Origin: Alphaproteobacteria bacterium
Lineage (GTDB): Bacteria; Pseudomonadota; Alphaproteobacteria; CAAHEQ01; UBA3637
Direction of reading: 5' to 3'
Assembly (NCBI GenBank): GCA_045632845.1
Contig: JAZQXL010000011.1
Location: 2,158-66,157 of the forward strand
DNA length: 64,000 nucleotides
Part shown: piece by piece, positions 40,644-52,468 of the stretch
How positions within the stretch are numbered: position 1 is the stretch's first letter
Layout: every line of letters begins with the position of its first letter
Program-made: the position numbers and the translations under genes
Notes under the pieces: generated by a model
Told to the model about the DNA's origin: nothing
Seen by the model: only the letters and a program-made list of their open reading frames with translations
Database searches by the model: none

Positions 40644-40934
40644 ATGGATTTTATCACACAAAAAGAAAATGGAATTGAAATAAAAGTTCGCATTCATCCT
40701 AACGCAAAAAAGGATGGGTTTGCAGGTGTTTGGAACAACACACATTTAAAAATAAATATCAATGCTCCAGCCGTTGATGGCAAAGCAAACGCTTGTTTGA
40801 TTAACTTTTTGGCAAAATATTTTCACATCAGAAAAAGTGCCATAGAATTAATAAGCGGTGAACTTGCTCGTGAAAAACGTATTTTCATTCAAGAACTCAC
40901 CGCTCAAGATATTTTAACCAAAATATCCCTTTAA
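40644..40934 (+). CDS. DUF167 (YggU) protein
   Basis: [27 protein letters not shown]. Confidence 0.9.
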   Translation: MDFITQKENGIEIKVRIHPNAKKDGFAGVWNNTHLKININAPAVDGKANACLINFLAKYFHIRKSAIELISGELAREKRIFIQELTAQDILTKISL

Positions 40935-42178
40935 CAAAGTGCCAATAAAATACCCGCCGCAATTGCAGAACCAATTGCACCTGCGACATTTGCACCCATT
41001 GCTTGCATTAATAAATGGTTTTGAGGATTTGCTTCAACACCCAATTTTTCACTCACACGAGATGCCATTGGAATTGCTGAAACACCCGCTGAACCGATCA
41101 ATGGATTGATTTTATTTTTCAAAAACAAATTCATAAATTTAGCCATCAACACACCAGAAGCAGTCCCAACAACAAAAGCACATACACCCAAAAACAATAC
41201 AACCAATGTTTTTGAAACTAAAAACATTTCAGCAGAAAGCTTAGACCCAACAGAAAGACCCAACATAATTGTTACAATGTTAATAAGCTCATTTGATGCC
41301 GTTTTTGAAAGTCTTTCTGTAACACCTGATTCTTTTAACAAATTACCAAACATAAGCATCCCAATTAAAGGCAATGCCAATGGAACAAATAACCCTGTCA
41401 AAATAACAACCATTATTGGAAAAATAATGCGTTCTTTTTTAGAAACAGGTCTTAACTGAGGCATCTCAATCAATCGTTCTTTTTGTGTGGTTAATGCACG
41501 CATAACAGGCGGTTGAATAACTGGCACCAATGCCATATAGGAATATGCTGCCACCGCAACAGCACCCAACAATTCAGGTGCTAATTTACCCGCCAAGAAA
41601 ATAGATGTTGGACCATCTGCACCCCCAATAATTGCAATTGATGCAGCTTGTTTAAGAGTTAATCCCAATTCTGGAAAAATACCTGACAAACAAATGGCAC
41701 TTAAAAAAGTTCCAAAAATTGCAAACTGAGCAGCCCCACCTAAAAGTGCTGTTTTAGGATTTGCAAGTAAAGGGGAAAAATCTATCATCGCTCCCACACC
41801 CATAAAAATCAAAAGTGGGAAAATACCATTTTCAATACCCATATTATACAAAACTGAAAGTAATCCACCTTCTTGCGTTAAACCTGCACCTGGGATATTT
41901 GAAAGCAATCCACCCATTGCAATAGGAAGCAACAACAATGGTTCAAATTTTTTGCAAATACCGAGATAAAAGAGCAAACAACAAATTGCAATCATAATCA
42001 AACGAGCAACTCCAATTGGCATAAACATCCCCTCAGGTGTTACTTCTTTAAAAAGACGACTGATTGCTGTTTGATCTAAAATTGAAAAAACACTTGTTGA
42101 AAAGAGCGACAACTCTATCACCAAAAACAGTGAAAAGACAATCAAAGCGCTCCAAAAAAAGAAAGGATATTTTTTCAT
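40931..42178 (-). CDS. oadB: Na+-translocating decarboxylase beta subunit
   Basis: [40 protein letters not shown]. Confidence 0.95.
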   Translation of the reverse strand: MKKYPFFFWSALIVFSLFLVIELSLFSTSVFSILDQTAISRLFKEVTPEGMFMPIGVARLIMIAICCLLFYLGICKKFEPLLLLPIAMGGLLSNIPGAGLTQEGGLLSVLYNMGIENGIFPLLIFMGVGAMIDFSPLLANPKTALLGGAAQFAIFGTFLSAICLSGIFPELGLTLKQAASIAIIGGADGPTSIFLAGKLAPELLGAVAVAAYSYMALVPVIQPPVMRALTTQKERLIEMPQLRPVSKKERIIFPIMVVILTGLFVPLALPLIGMLMFGNLLKESGVTERLSKTASNELINIVTIMLGLSVGSKLSAEMFLVSKTLVVLFLGVCAFVVGTASGVLMAKFMNLFLKNKINPLIGSAGVSAIPMASRVSEKLGVEANPQNHLLMQAMGANVAGAIGSAIAAGILLALC

Positions 42179-42179
42179 C

Positions 42180-44003
42180 TTAAGCAACCTCAATTAGTTG
42201 TTTATTTGTTTCAACTTGTTCACCAACTTGAACAAAGATTTTTGAAATCTTACCAGCTTTTGGTGCTTGAACAAATGTTTCCATTTTCATCACTTCAATG
42301 ACACACAAATTTTGTCCCGCAGCAACTGTATCCCCTTCCTTAACCAAAATTTGAGTAACAGTTCCGGGCATTTTAGCTGATAGGATTTCTTTGTTCCCAG
42401 ATGATGCTATTTTTGTTTCAACTTTGTTATCTGAAGTATTTTCAAGAGCTTTTAATGAAGAAACTTGATACGTTGTCCCATTTACAACAGCCGTATCTCC
42501 CTTGATTTCGACATTGAACTCTTCACCATCAATTTTAACACTATAAGCTTGAGTTGTAAGTAAAGTAGCTGAAACTGTTGATTTTTCTTTATAACGAACA
42601 CCAACTTTTCCTTTTCCTTCAAGGAATGCAATCCCCTTCACACCACAAGCAGCAGCAATAAAGACATTCTCATCTGTTAGTGGAAGATTATGCTCTTTTA
42701 ACATTTCTTCATAATGAGCTCGTGACTTTTGTGGATTTTTATCATTTAAAGATAAAACACTTGCTTTGGTTGGTTTTAAACCTAATTGTTCAGAAGCAAT
42801 TTTGACAACTTCTTTATCTGGAGCAACAGGCGTTTTACCAAAATAGCCAAGAACCATTTTACCATAACCCTCAGCAATTTTGTTCCATTTTCCAAACATC
42901 ACATTGTTAAAGGCTTGTTGGAAGTAGAATTGTGAAACAGGGGTTACAGACGTTCCAAAACCACCTTTTAACACAACTTCTTCCATAGCTTTAATGATTT
43001 CAGCATATCTATCCATCAAATTATTGTCACGAAGCATTTGTGTATTTGCCGTTAATGCCCCACCTGGCATTGGTGACCATGGAATCATAGGTTCAGTGTG
43101 CAAGGCTTCTGGTGGAATGAAATAATCATTCAATGCTTCTTTAAAGTGATCTTCCACACGCATCAACGCATCAATATCACAATCAAGTGTATACTCTGAC
43201 CCTCTCAATGCGTGCCATAAAGTTGCAACATCTGGTTGGCATGTTCCACCAGAAACTGGCGCCATAGACAAATCAACCATATCAGCGCCACCTTCAATTG
43301 CTGCCAAATAACAAGCTAAACCTGTGCCAGCTGTTTCATGCGAGTGATATTGGATCATCACATCATTTCCGAGCAATTTTCTAGCTCTTTTGATTGTTTC
43401 ATAAACCACTTTGGGAACGGCTGTTCCTGATGCATCTTTAAAGCAAATTGAATCAAAAGGCATCTTGCTTTTCAAAAATGCTTTTAATCTGTCTTCATAA
43501 AAATCTGGTGTATGAGCCCCTGTACAATGTGGCGGCAAAGACATCATCGCAACACACAATTGATGCTTTAACCCTGCTTCAGTGATACATTTTGCACTAT
43601 AGATCAAATTTTGAGGATCATTCAATGCATCAAAATTTCGAATCGTTGTCATTCCATGCTTTTTAAACATTTGCGCATGCAATTTAATCATTTCAGAACT
43701 TTGAGAATCGAGCGCTACAACATTGACACCACGAGCCAAAGTTTGCAAGTTCACCTCATCTCCACAAATTTTTCGAAATGAATCCATCACATCGAAGGCA
43801 TTTTCATTATTATAAAAAAAGGCTGCTTGAAAAGAAGCGCCACCGCCAGCTTCAATATTTTTTACACCAGCATCAACAGCCTCTTTCACAATTGGCAAAT
43901 AATCTTTTGATAAAACACGAGCTCCAAAAACTGATTGAAACCCATCTCTAAATGCCGTACACAACCATTGAACTTTTTTTTGTTTTTTTGTTTTTGAAAC
44001 CAT
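42180..44003 (-). CDS. oadA: Oxaloacetate decarboxylase alpha subunit (carboxyltransferase + biotinyl domain)
   Basis: FRDGFQS, FKD, HSH, PGG, VTPVSQ, EVMKME. Confidence 0.9.
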   Translation of the reverse strand: MVSKTKKQKKVQWLCTAFRDGFQSVFGARVLSKDYLPIVKEAVDAGVKNIEAGGGASFQAAFFYNNENAFDVMDSFRKICGDEVNLQTLARGVNVVALDSQSSEMIKLHAQMFKKHGMTTIRNFDALNDPQNLIYSAKCITEAGLKHQLCVAMMSLPPHCTGAHTPDFYEDRLKAFLKSKMPFDSICFKDASGTAVPKVVYETIKRARKLLGNDVMIQYHSHETAGTGLACYLAAIEGGADMVDLSMAPVSGGTCQPDVATLWHALRGSEYTLDCDIDALMRVEDHFKEALNDYFIPPEALHTEPMIPWSPMPGGALTANTQMLRDNNLMDRYAEIIKAMEEVVLKGGFGTSVTPVSQFYFQQAFNNVMFGKWNKIAEGYGKMVLGYFGKTPVAPDKEVVKIASEQLGLKPTKASVLSLNDKNPQKSRAHYEEMLKEHNLPLTDENVFIAAACGVKGIAFLEGKGKVGVRYKEKSTVSATLLTTQAYSVKIDGEEFNVEIKGDTAVVNGTTYQVSSLKALENTSDNKVETKIASSGNKEILSAKMPGTVTQILVKEGDTVAAGQNLCVIEVMKMETFVQAPKAGKISKIFVQVGEQVETNKQLIEVA

Positions 44004-44183
44004 TTATTTCCCCTTTTGAGCCTGTAAAGCCAACACAATTGCCAATGCTTTTTTATCCATATCTTGTGTTTTATTTTCTTTTAACACAATGGCTAACAAA
44101 TGCATAAAACAAACCAAAAGAAACAAGAAGAAAAAAACACTTCCCATTCCCAACAATGTAATGATTAAACTTTCTGTGATCAT
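44004..44183 (-). CDS. oadG: Decarboxylase gamma subunit (59 aa; not in the ORF track)
   Basis: MITESLIITLLGMGSVFFFLFLLV...; stop codon abuts the oadA ATG. Confidence 0.85.
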   Translation of the reverse strand: MITESLIITLLGMGSVFFFLFLLVCFMHLLAIVLKENKTQDMDKKALAIVLALQAQKGK

Positions 44184-44335
44184 ACTTATCCCCTTTTTTT
44201 TAATACAATAACATCAAAAAAAAACGTTTGCAAGCTATTTAAAAATTTTATTCCGTTAAAACCTATTGAAAATTATTAAAAAAAAATGTACTATTATTCC
44301 AATTACACATTTATTTTTAAATAACAAGGATAAAC

Positions 44336-45358
44336 ATGCTAAATTTTCAAAACAAAACTATTTTAACAGGAGTCAAACCAACTGGCACACTTCATATTGG
44401 CAACTATTTTGGGGCTATTGCTCCAATGGTTGAGTTTGGCAAAAAATTTGCTGAACAAGGCACGCACATTATGTTTGTAGCTGATTACCATGCAATCAAT
44501 GCCATTAAGGATGCTGACTTTTTAGCAAGAACAACTAAAGAAATTGCCTGTGTTTATTTAGCAGCAGGATTAGATCCCAACAAATCTATTTTTTATCGTC
44601 AATCAGATATTCCTGAAATTTTTGAATTAACAACAATTTTGATGGCATATACCCCAAAAGGATTTATGAATAAAGCACATGCTTACAAAGCTGCTGTTGA
44701 CAAAAACACCGCCAAAGGTGAACCAACAGATGCAGGGATTAATATGGGTCTTTATACTTATCCTGTTTTGATGGCTGCTGATATCCTTGCATATGACACA
44801 GACATTGTCCCTGTTGGAAAAGACCAAGTCCAACACGTTGAAATTGCAGCTGATATCGCTGGATCCATTAATGCTCTTTATAACAAAGAAGTTTTAAAAA
44901 TTCCAACAAGCTATTTGAAAGAAGAAGCTCAAGTTCTTCCTGGTACTGATGGTCAAAAAATGAGCAAAAGCTATAACAATGTGATTCCATTGTTTGGCAC
45001 AGATGCTGAAATAAAAAAAGCAGTTATGAGTATCAAAACTGACTGTCAAGACATCAACGATCCAAAAAATCCTGATGATATACTTTTATACCACATTGCA
45101 AAAGGGATTGTACCCCAAGAAACTCTTTTAGAAATTAAAGAAGGGCTTGAAAAAGGTGGTATGGGTTATGGTACAATTAAAAAAATGTTGTTACAAAATA
45201 TTTTAGACATCATTGGTGAAAAAAGAGAACAATATAATTATTACCTTTCCCACTATGATGAAGTGGAAGACATGTTAAAACAAGGGGCAGAAAAAGCAAG
45301 AAACATTTCAAGACCCGTGTTAGAACGTGTTAAAGATAGCATTTTTAACCGAAAATAG
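44336..45358 (+). CDS. trpS: Tryptophan--tRNA ligase
   Basis: HIGN, YPVLMAADIL, VPVGKDQ, KMSKS. Confidence 0.96.
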   Translation: MLNFQNKTILTGVKPTGTLHIGNYFGAIAPMVEFGKKFAEQGTHIMFVADYHAINAIKDADFLARTTKEIACVYLAAGLDPNKSIFYRQSDIPEIFELTTILMAYTPKGFMNKAHAYKAAVDKNTAKGEPTDAGINMGLYTYPVLMAADILAYDTDIVPVGKDQVQHVEIAADIAGSINALYNKEVLKIPTSYLKEEAQVLPGTDGQKMSKSYNNVIPLFGTDAEIKKAVMSIKTDCQDINDPKNPDDILLYHIAKGIVPQETLLEIKEGLEKGGMGYGTIKKMLLQNILDIIGEKREQYNYYLSHYDEVEDMLKQGAEKARNISRPVLERVKDSIFNRK

Positions 45359-45366
45359 GAGTTCAG

Positions 45367-46017
45367 ATGAAATATGGCATTTTTTTAGCGAGTTGTTGTC
45401 TTATTCCAAGCCTTTGTTTTGCATCTATTGAAAGAGTGAGTGTTATCTCGTCAAGTGAACCTGTCTTTAACAACTCATTTTTAAAAAATGCCTCTCAACT
45501 AGCAACCAGCCTTATCAGTCAAAAAAAACATGTTCTTTGTAGCAGTGAAGGAACTGGAATTTCTGGCGCTTTTTTAAAAACACTTTCAGACAGAAAGGGA
45601 ACTTTTGAGGCTGTTGGGTACAAAGAAAAAGACAAAACCAACTGTCCAAACAACCACCCTTGTCAATCCCTCAAAGAAAAAAAAGTTGCAGATATAGAAG
45701 CTCAAATCGATTTTTTTCTTTCCTATGGTGATGGAATTGTGTTCTTACCTGGCAGCTTTGATGTTTTATATGCATTTAATTATTTGCAAACTCTTTCAAA
45801 ACAAGAAGTTATGGTTTATAAACCTGTTGTCTTTTTAAACACAAATCATTATTGGGATAGATTAAAAGAAATGCTCATTGAAATGAAGAGACAAAACATT
45901 ATTTCCCAAAATGTACTTGATACAATTGCTTTTGAAAACAAACCCGATTCGGTTGTAAAAACACTTGAACGACTTGAAAAAACAATCCAAAAACTTAATA
46001 AAGATAAAAAATTATAA
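45367..46017 (+). CDS. Divergent LOG-family protein with signal peptide
   Basis: DGIVFLPGS, KPVVFLN..YWD; canonical PGGxGTxxE degenerate. Confidence 0.55.
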   Translation: MKYGIFLASCCLIPSLCFASIERVSVISSSEPVFNNSFLKNASQLATSLISQKKHVLCSSEGTGISGAFLKTLSDRKGTFEAVGYKEKDKTNCPNNHPCQSLKEKKVADIEAQIDFFLSYGDGIVFLPGSFDVLYAFNYLQTLSKQEVMVYKPVVFLNTNHYWDRLKEMLIEMKRQNIISQNVLDTIAFENKPDSVVKTLERLEKTIQKLNKDKKL

Positions 46018-46058
46018 AACCAAATAACCCGCTTGATTTATTCAAACGGGTTATTTTT

Positions 46059-49000
46059 TTATTTAAAGAATCTACCCAAAATTCCTGGTGCAATGCTTGA
46101 TAAAGGATTAAATGAAACCCTTGGGTTTCCAGGGGTCCCTGTTAGATCATATTTCACCCCAACAAGACCACCACCTTTTGAGTCTTTGAACAAATGCCCA
46201 ATAATTGGTATTCTTCCTGGCAATGAATTGATAATATAAGCAGGAATTACAGAACCTGAAATTGACAAAGCTGAAAAGGAAGCTCTTCCTGAAAATGTGA
46301 TACCCAAAGCCGTTCCATATGTTACACCATCTCGAACAAAAAGTGTAAAATTAGGCGACAAATCAAACGGAATACTCCCATTTGAAAAACTCAAATCATT
46401 CCCACTAATTGCATCCCATATACCCAAAATAGTAACGGCTTGCATCACAAACCCTGGCTTTTTAAGATTGATATCCTTCAAAGTTAGTTCACCAGAAAAA
46501 CCACCATTTGGCAAAACTTTGGCTTCTATTTTTGCACTTCCTTTTTCAAACTGATCTGAAAAACCTAATCTATTGAGCAAATCTCCAACATCATTTGTCA
46601 AAGCATCCAATTTGCCTTTTTTAGGCGTTAAATTTATTGAAACAGCCTCCCGGCCCATCGCAAACAAAAATAAATTTTGCCACAACGTACCATTGCGATA
46701 GGCTTTCAATGCGACTTGCTTTAAAGGCATATCTTTTTTCAATGTAATAGAATCTAAATTCACATCAAAATAAATTTCTGACAAATCATTTCCACCAATC
46801 GGTGTCATTTTTTGTTCAGCCCTTGGATTTGGTAATGAATTTTTGATTAAAGGAAAATCTTTCAATCCACTTAAATTCCAAGAATTCCCTTTTAAATTAA
46901 CTTTTAAAAATTCTTTTTGGTAATATTCAATTGATCCATTAAACGACGAGTCTGTTGTTTCCACATTGTCAAGAAACAAAGAAAAGCCTTCTTTTTCCAT
47001 ATGGCATTTTCCTTTTATCTTTGCCTTTTCACCCTCGTTATAATCAAATGCAACATCAGTTAATCCTTTTTCAGGTAAAATGGAAAATTTATTTTTTAAA
47101 ACTGCTTTTTTCCCTGAATTTTTAAAATATGTAAGTGGATAAATGGATACATTTGAAAGTGTTAAATCTGAAGATATATCAAAATTATATGTCCCATCAT
47201 AAAATTTTTCAATTTTCATATTGGTATAAAAATGACCATTTAAAAATGCTGTGATATCTTTATAATAAGGTTCCAAAAACGAATCACTTAACAATCCTGA
47301 AATTTCATAAATGCTTTGTTTTGGATTTGCGTTCGATACATCAAAAAATTCTTCCCATTTTAATTTAAATGGCGTTTCAAAAACTTGAGCTGTCCCTTCA
47401 ACTTTAAGACCATCATTGTTCACTTCTAAGCCTAAATGCGCAGAATCAAGTTGCAATTGATCAAACGGCAATTCAATTTTCCCATTTTGAATACTTGCTT
47501 TCACATCAGCACGAACATCAGATGGTTTTAACTCATCAGTCAAAGGAAAATTTAAAACAACCTGAGCATTGGCAATTCCACTTGTTTTTTGGGGATCAAG
47601 GCCAAATGGTTTAATCAAATCAAATGGTTCCGAATCAACAATTGAAAGCATTTCATTCACTGGACCTGTTACATTCAACTCAATTTTTGCATTTGAAATA
47701 TCATCTAACAGCTCTGTCAAATAAACATTACCCACATCCAGTTTAATATTCCCTAAAATACCTGTATTGGCAAAAATCTCAACTTTATCTGGATAAAGCA
47801 TCACCTTTCCACCAGCATTTTCAACTGGGGCTAGAGGTCTTAAATAATGAACAGTTACCCCTTCAAAATCAACATCACCAACTAAATCTGTAATTTCACT
47901 TCCCGTAAAATAAAGTGTGAATAAAGCTGTTGTTGCTTCACCACCAATTAAGTTTTCTTTCACCCAAGCATGTGCTGTTGGTCCCAAATAAGATGGCCAA
48001 ACATTTGAAACTTCCCCCATCGGTATGTGTTTTAATCTCGCATTAATTGTTGTTTGAATATCATTCACATTATTGGTATCAAAAAAACGACCAATTCCAG
48101 TAATCAAAATATCCACATCGGCTTTCAACCCTGTTGTTAGTGATGCTTCGACAGGTTGAATAACTAATTTGTCCAAGCCATCACTAAAAACACCTTGAGC
48201 TGTTATCTTTTGAATAGGATAGACAATATCTAAAGGATGAGGTAAATAAAGAGTTCCTTTATCAGCTGTTTCAATTGAAAAATCCATTTTTTTGATTATA
48301 TTTCTAAGTGTTGCATCTTTCTTAGAAAAATCAAGTTCTCCGTTTACACTCCCCTTTAATGAAACTTTAAAACCTTTGAACAACTCAAATGCACGACCAA
48401 CTTCATCTAATTTCAAATGATCAAATTGAGCTTTAAAAGATAATGTTTTTGCTGATGATTTTAATTTACCAGTCAAACTCAATTCCATTGGTTCATTGTT
48501 TTTTGTAAGAACCTTTGCTGTTGATTCAATATCATATTGAAAAAAGCGCCTTCTCTTTAATGTTAAATTTAAGTTAGGAAACACTATTTTTTTATCTTCT
48601 TTTAAATCATTTACAATCAAAGAAGAATCTTTTAAAGTAAATCTTCTTAACTTAAAAAACAAACCTAAGGGTTTAACAACGTCATTGATAATAATTGACT
48701 GGTTATTCACAACCACAGGTTGTTCAGCATTATCTAAAAAATCGATAGGCGTGCTATATGCATTTACACCATCTTGGTCTTCTAAAATAAAACGCCCATC
48801 TTTTGTTAATGTAACATACAAAAATGCCTTTTCAACATAAACTGTTTTAGGAATTGGATTTAAACTTAATAATTGCCAAATACCATACGAAAATTTCACA
48901 TTTGGCAACGCAATAATTGTCAAATCTTGTTTATCTTTCAGTTCCAAATTATCAATTTGAACATGGAACAAACCTAATCTTGTTGCTGAAGCGCTTAAAA

Positions 49001-49208
49001 CAATACTATCTGCACTTAAATGCAAATTGCTAGATGGAGAAACATATGATTCAATTTGAGGTAACAAAAAGCTCAAATCAACTGGTTCTTTTTGGAGTTT
49101 ATAGTATACTCCGCCTATTGCAATAACAACAGTTAACACAAACAACAAACAAAAATATTTTAATCCCTTTAAAAATAATCTCAGTGGTTTGTTTATCTTT
49201 TTTTTCAT
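46059..49208 (-). CDS. AsmA-like / YhdP-type bridge lipid-transport protein
   Basis: N-terminal TM, long beta-rich body, C-terminal IPIIG...NPLSSIAPG. Confidence 0.8.
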   Translation of the reverse strand: MKKKINKPLRLFLKGLKYFCLLFVLTVVIAIGGVYYKLQKEPVDLSFLLPQIESYVSPSSNLHLSADSIVLSASATRLGLFHVQIDNLELKDKQDLTIIALPNVKFSYGIWQLLSLNPIPKTVYVEKAFLYVTLTKDGRFILEDQDGVNAYSTPIDFLDNAEQPVVVNNQSIIINDVVKPLGLFFKLRRFTLKDSSLIVNDLKEDKKIVFPNLNLTLKRRRFFQYDIESTAKVLTKNNEPMELSLTGKLKSSAKTLSFKAQFDHLKLDEVGRAFELFKGFKVSLKGSVNGELDFSKKDATLRNIIKKMDFSIETADKGTLYLPHPLDIVYPIQKITAQGVFSDGLDKLVIQPVEASLTTGLKADVDILITGIGRFFDTNNVNDIQTTINARLKHIPMGEVSNVWPSYLGPTAHAWVKENLIGGEATTALFTLYFTGSEITDLVGDVDFEGVTVHYLRPLAPVENAGGKVMLYPDKVEIFANTGILGNIKLDVGNVYLTELLDDISNAKIELNVTGPVNEMLSIVDSEPFDLIKPFGLDPQKTSGIANAQVVLNFPLTDELKPSDVRADVKASIQNGKIELPFDQLQLDSAHLGLEVNNDGLKVEGTAQVFETPFKLKWEEFFDVSNANPKQSIYEISGLLSDSFLEPYYKDITAFLNGHFYTNMKIEKFYDGTYNFDISSDLTLSNVSIYPLTYFKNSGKKAVLKNKFSILPEKGLTDVAFDYNEGEKAKIKGKCHMEKEGFSLFLDNVETTDSSFNGSIEYYQKEFLKVNLKGNSWNLSGLKDFPLIKNSLPNPRAEQKMTPIGGNDLSEIYFDVNLDSITLKKDMPLKQVALKAYRNGTLWQNLFLFAMGREAVSINLTPKKGKLDALTNDVGDLLNRLGFSDQFEKGSAKIEAKVLPNGGFSGELTLKDINLKKPGFVMQAVTILGIWDAISGNDLSFSNGSIPFDLSPNFTLFVRDGVTYGTALGITFSGRASFSALSISGSVIPAYIINSLPGRIPIIGHLFKDSKGGGLVGVKYDLTGTPGNPRVSFNPLSSIAPGILGRFFK

Positions 49209-50212
49209 AAAACACTCTCAATTAATTTAGATAAGTATAAAAACATATAGCAAAAAAATCCAGCAGTTAAAGGCGCCACAACCCAAGAAACAACAACTTG
49301 CCCCACAACTTTTAATTTAAGTCCATCAATCCCTTTTGCCAAGGCTATTGCAATAATTGATCCAATCACAGCTTCAGATAATGGTACTGGAAGAAGCGGG
49401 AATGAAGGCAAAGATAATCCAGACAATACCATCTTAAGTGTAACGCTTGAAAAACAAAACAATGTTAATGCACTTGCAAATATGGTTATAAAAGCCTCAA
49501 TAGGAGATAAAGGAAACATACCACTACTCACTGTTTTAATCACACGCTTATCAGCACTATAAAAACCAATGGCAACAGATAACGCTGTTAAAGCAAACAA
49601 AAGATTTGTCATATCTTTGTTAACAGAAATATAAGGACCTGCGATACTTGCAATATTGTTTGCCCCTAATGCATAAGCTGAAAAAGACCCAACAATTAAT
49701 AACCCAAAACGAACAAACATGTCTCTATACAACAATTTGACAGGATATCTTTTTAACAAACACTTAAACACCCAAAACAAAATAAAAGCTATTGCTCCTG
49801 ATAAAAATGGCGTATAAATCCAACCCATAAAACTCTTTACGACTAATTTTGTATCAATCAACAATTGATTAAAAATATTCACCGCAATTAAAGCACCCGT
49901 ACTTGTTTGGGTAATAGAGGCTGGAATTCCTATCATACTAAGCAAATAGATAACAAAACCAGCTGAAAGGCAAACAAAAAAGGCCTCTTTATAAGAAAAA
50001 ATTTGCGCCAAATTGTTGACGTGTTTTGTTGTTGCAGAGCCACTCACAAACACCCCTAAAAACACAAATAATGAAGCAACAACAACTGCTGTTTTAAGAG
50101 ATATCATTCTGGTTCCAATTGCACTACCAAACAAATTGCTTAGATTATTTCGGCCTAATGACCAACCTAAGAAAACAGCACCTAAACAACAAAAAGCATC
50201 TAAAAAAGACAT
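49205..50212 (-). CDS. PiT-family phosphate transporter
   Basis: GRNNLSN and GANNIAS repeats, multiple TMs. Confidence 0.85.
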   Translation of the reverse strand: MSFLDAFCCLGAVFLGWSLGRNNLSNLFGSAIGTRMISLKTAVVVASLFVFLGVFVSGSATTKHVNNLAQIFSYKEAFFVCLSAGFVIYLLSMIGIPASITQTSTGALIAVNIFNQLLIDTKLVVKSFMGWIYTPFLSGAIAFILFWVFKCLLKRYPVKLLYRDMFVRFGLLIVGSFSAYALGANNIASIAGPYISVNKDMTNLLFALTALSVAIGFYSADKRVIKTVSSGMFPLSPIEAFITIFASALTLFCFSSVTLKMVLSGLSLPSFPLLPVPLSEAVIGSIIAIALAKGIDGLKLKVVGQVVVSWVVAPLTAGFFCYMFLYLSKLIESVL

Positions 50213-50228
50213 TTATTATTTCCTCTTT

Positions 50229-50894
50229 CTACAAAGAATGCTTTACGGCCATAATGTTCAAAATATCAGCAGTATCTTCAGCAATATCTGATATTTTTTC
50301 AATATTATAAACAAACTCTTTCAACTGAATTTTTCGTGCCAACTCGATATCAGATTGAAAAACCAAAGATTTCAATTGAAGTGCCTGACTGTCAACCAAA
50401 TGTTCCATTTGATATGTTTTTTTTGTAAACTCTTTAATTTCTTGCCCATCAAAAAACACACGAACACCTGAAACCAGCGATCCAACACATTCTAAATCTG
50501 TTTGAATCATTTTTAATAAATTTTCACGAAGACTATCTAACAACTCTGGTTGTTCAACAGATACAACCAACAAATTTGATTCATATTTGTTAATAACCTT
50601 GTCACACATTTCAAGCAACCTTAAAATATCTGAGCGCATATCAGGCAAAATCATATAAGCATACAAATTATTTTCAATAAGACGTCTATATGAATCATTT
50701 TGAGCTTCTAAATCTGAAACCTTTTGCATCAAAGATTTAAACTCTGCATCCACACCAGAAAAAGTATAACAGTTCATTGCCTGTCCATAAAAAATACCCG
50801 CTTGAATAATGTTAAGCAAAAATGCTGTTATCATTTTTTCAAGTTCATGCGTCTTTTTAAAAATGTTCCAACCAAATAAAGTTTGTTTCTTCAT
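50229..50894 (-). CDS. DUF47 / PhoU-like phosphate transport regulator
   Basis: LEAQND..RR.I, EH..D, ISDIAED; coupled to pit. Confidence 0.85.
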   Translation of the reverse strand: MKKQTLFGWNIFKKTHELEKMITAFLLNIIQAGIFYGQAMNCYTFSGVDAEFKSLMQKVSDLEAQNDSYRRLIENNLYAYMILPDMRSDILRLLEMCDKVINKYESNLLVVSVEQPELLDSLRENLLKMIQTDLECVGSLVSGVRVFFDGQEIKEFTKKTYQMEHLVDSQALQLKSLVFQSDIELARKIQLKEFVYNIEKISDIAEDTADILNIMAVKHSL

Positions 50895-50895
50895 T

Positions 50896-52018
50896 TTAAA
50901 CTTCCTCATTTTTATTATCTTTTAAAGATAAGCCGGATAAACTAGCACGCATAAATGCATTTAAATTTCCATCTAAAACACCAGAAGTATCCGATGTTTC
51001 ATAGCCAGTTCTTAAGTCCTTAACCATTTGATATGGTTGCAAAACATAGGATCTGATTTGATTTCCCCAACCATTATCACCTTTGGCTTCTTCAATATCT
51101 CCTTGAGCTTGTTGACGCTTTTTCAACTCCAACTCATACAATCTTGATTTCAACATATTCCATGCTTCATCTTTGTTTTGAAATTGAGACCTGCCTGTTT
51201 GACTTTGAACAACAATGCCCGTTGGAATATGAGTGATCCTAACAGCACTTTCTGTTCTATTAACATGTTGACCACCTGCTCCAGAAGCTCTAAAAACATC
51301 AATTCTACAATCTGCAGGGTTGATTTCAACCTCAATTGAATCATCCACAACAGGATATACCCAAACAGATGCAAAACTTGTGTGCCGTCTTGCATTTGAG
51401 TCAAATGGAGAAATACGAACCAAACGATGTACACCCGATTCATATTTTAACCACCCATAGGCATTTAATCCTTCAACTTTAATTGTGGCTGATTTAATCC
51501 CCGCTTCATCCCCTGGACTTTCTTCTAATAAAGTAACTTTGTATCCATTTTTTTCAGCCCAACGCATATACATACGTTCAAGCATACTTGCCCAATCTTG
51601 AGATTCTGTTCCACCAGCACCAGAGTGAATTTCTAAAAACGAATCGTTTGCATCCCCTTCTTTGCTCAACAAAGAAGATAAAAGCATTTCTTCAATTTCA
51701 GCATCTAGGGTTGTAAAAGATTTTTCAGCCTCAGCCAACAAATCTGCCTCCCCTTCTAAGTCTGCCAATTCAATCATTTCATATAAAGAGGCAACTTCAC
51801 CTTCAACATGCTGAATTTTTTCAATTTTATCAATCAAACGAGTCCGTTCACTAATTAATTTTTGAGCACGAACAGGATCTTCCCACAAAGAAGCTTCTTG
51901 TGTTAATGCATCTAACTCCTCTTTTCTAAGTAAAGCGTTACCCCAGTCAAAGACGGCCTTTCAGCAAATCAATTGCCGTTTGATATTTTTGATAAAAAGA
52001 TATTATTTCCGCTTTCAT
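50896..52018 (-). CDS. prfB: Peptide chain release factor 2 (programmed +1 frameshift)
   Basis: ATG 52018, CTT TGA C at codon 23 (51952-51946); SPF and GGQ motifs. Confidence 0.96.
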
Positions 52019-52027
52019 AATCTCTCC

Positions 52028-52468
52028 TTAAGATTTTACTTGCACATCAACTGGACGGATATTTCTTCTTGCAAAATTTACTTTTTTAAGCGAATTTTTA
52101 GGAGCGCTTCTTCCTGAAAGTTCAATACCCAAATTCTCTTCCAAACAAAAGAGGTAATGCGCCACATCGCGCATTTGACATTCTTTTGCAATCAATTTAA
52201 CCAATTGTGTGCGTACTTGATTATTTTGTTTTAAAATATAACGTAACTTTTGAATATTTTGGTCTGCATATTTATCTACTTCAGAAACCATCTGATCCAA
52301 ATGGTTTGAATTTTTATTCTTAAATATAGGCATATTTTTAAGGTAAGAATCTGCACCCATCATCATCAAAAACGCTTCATAAACCAACGGTATTTTAAGC
52401 ATCTCTTTTGATTTTTTTAAAACAGATGAATTCTCATCAATCTCTTTCATTTTCACCATATTATTCAT
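52028..52468 (-). CDS. Hypothetical protein
   Basis: ORF co-oriented and coupled between mrcA and prfB; resembles its neighbour. Confidence 0.6.
   Translation of the reverse strand: MNNMVKMKEIDENSSVLKKSKEMLKIPLVYEAFLMMMGADSYLKNMPIFKNKNSNHLDQMVSEVDKYADQNIQKLRYILKQNNQVRTQLVKLIAKECQMRDVAHYLFCLEENLGIELSGRSAPKNSLKKVNFARRNIRPVDVQVKS

Noticed and set aside
51940-51960. prfB as a pseudogene
   Set aside because: The interruption is the canonical CTT-TGA-C programmed frameshift
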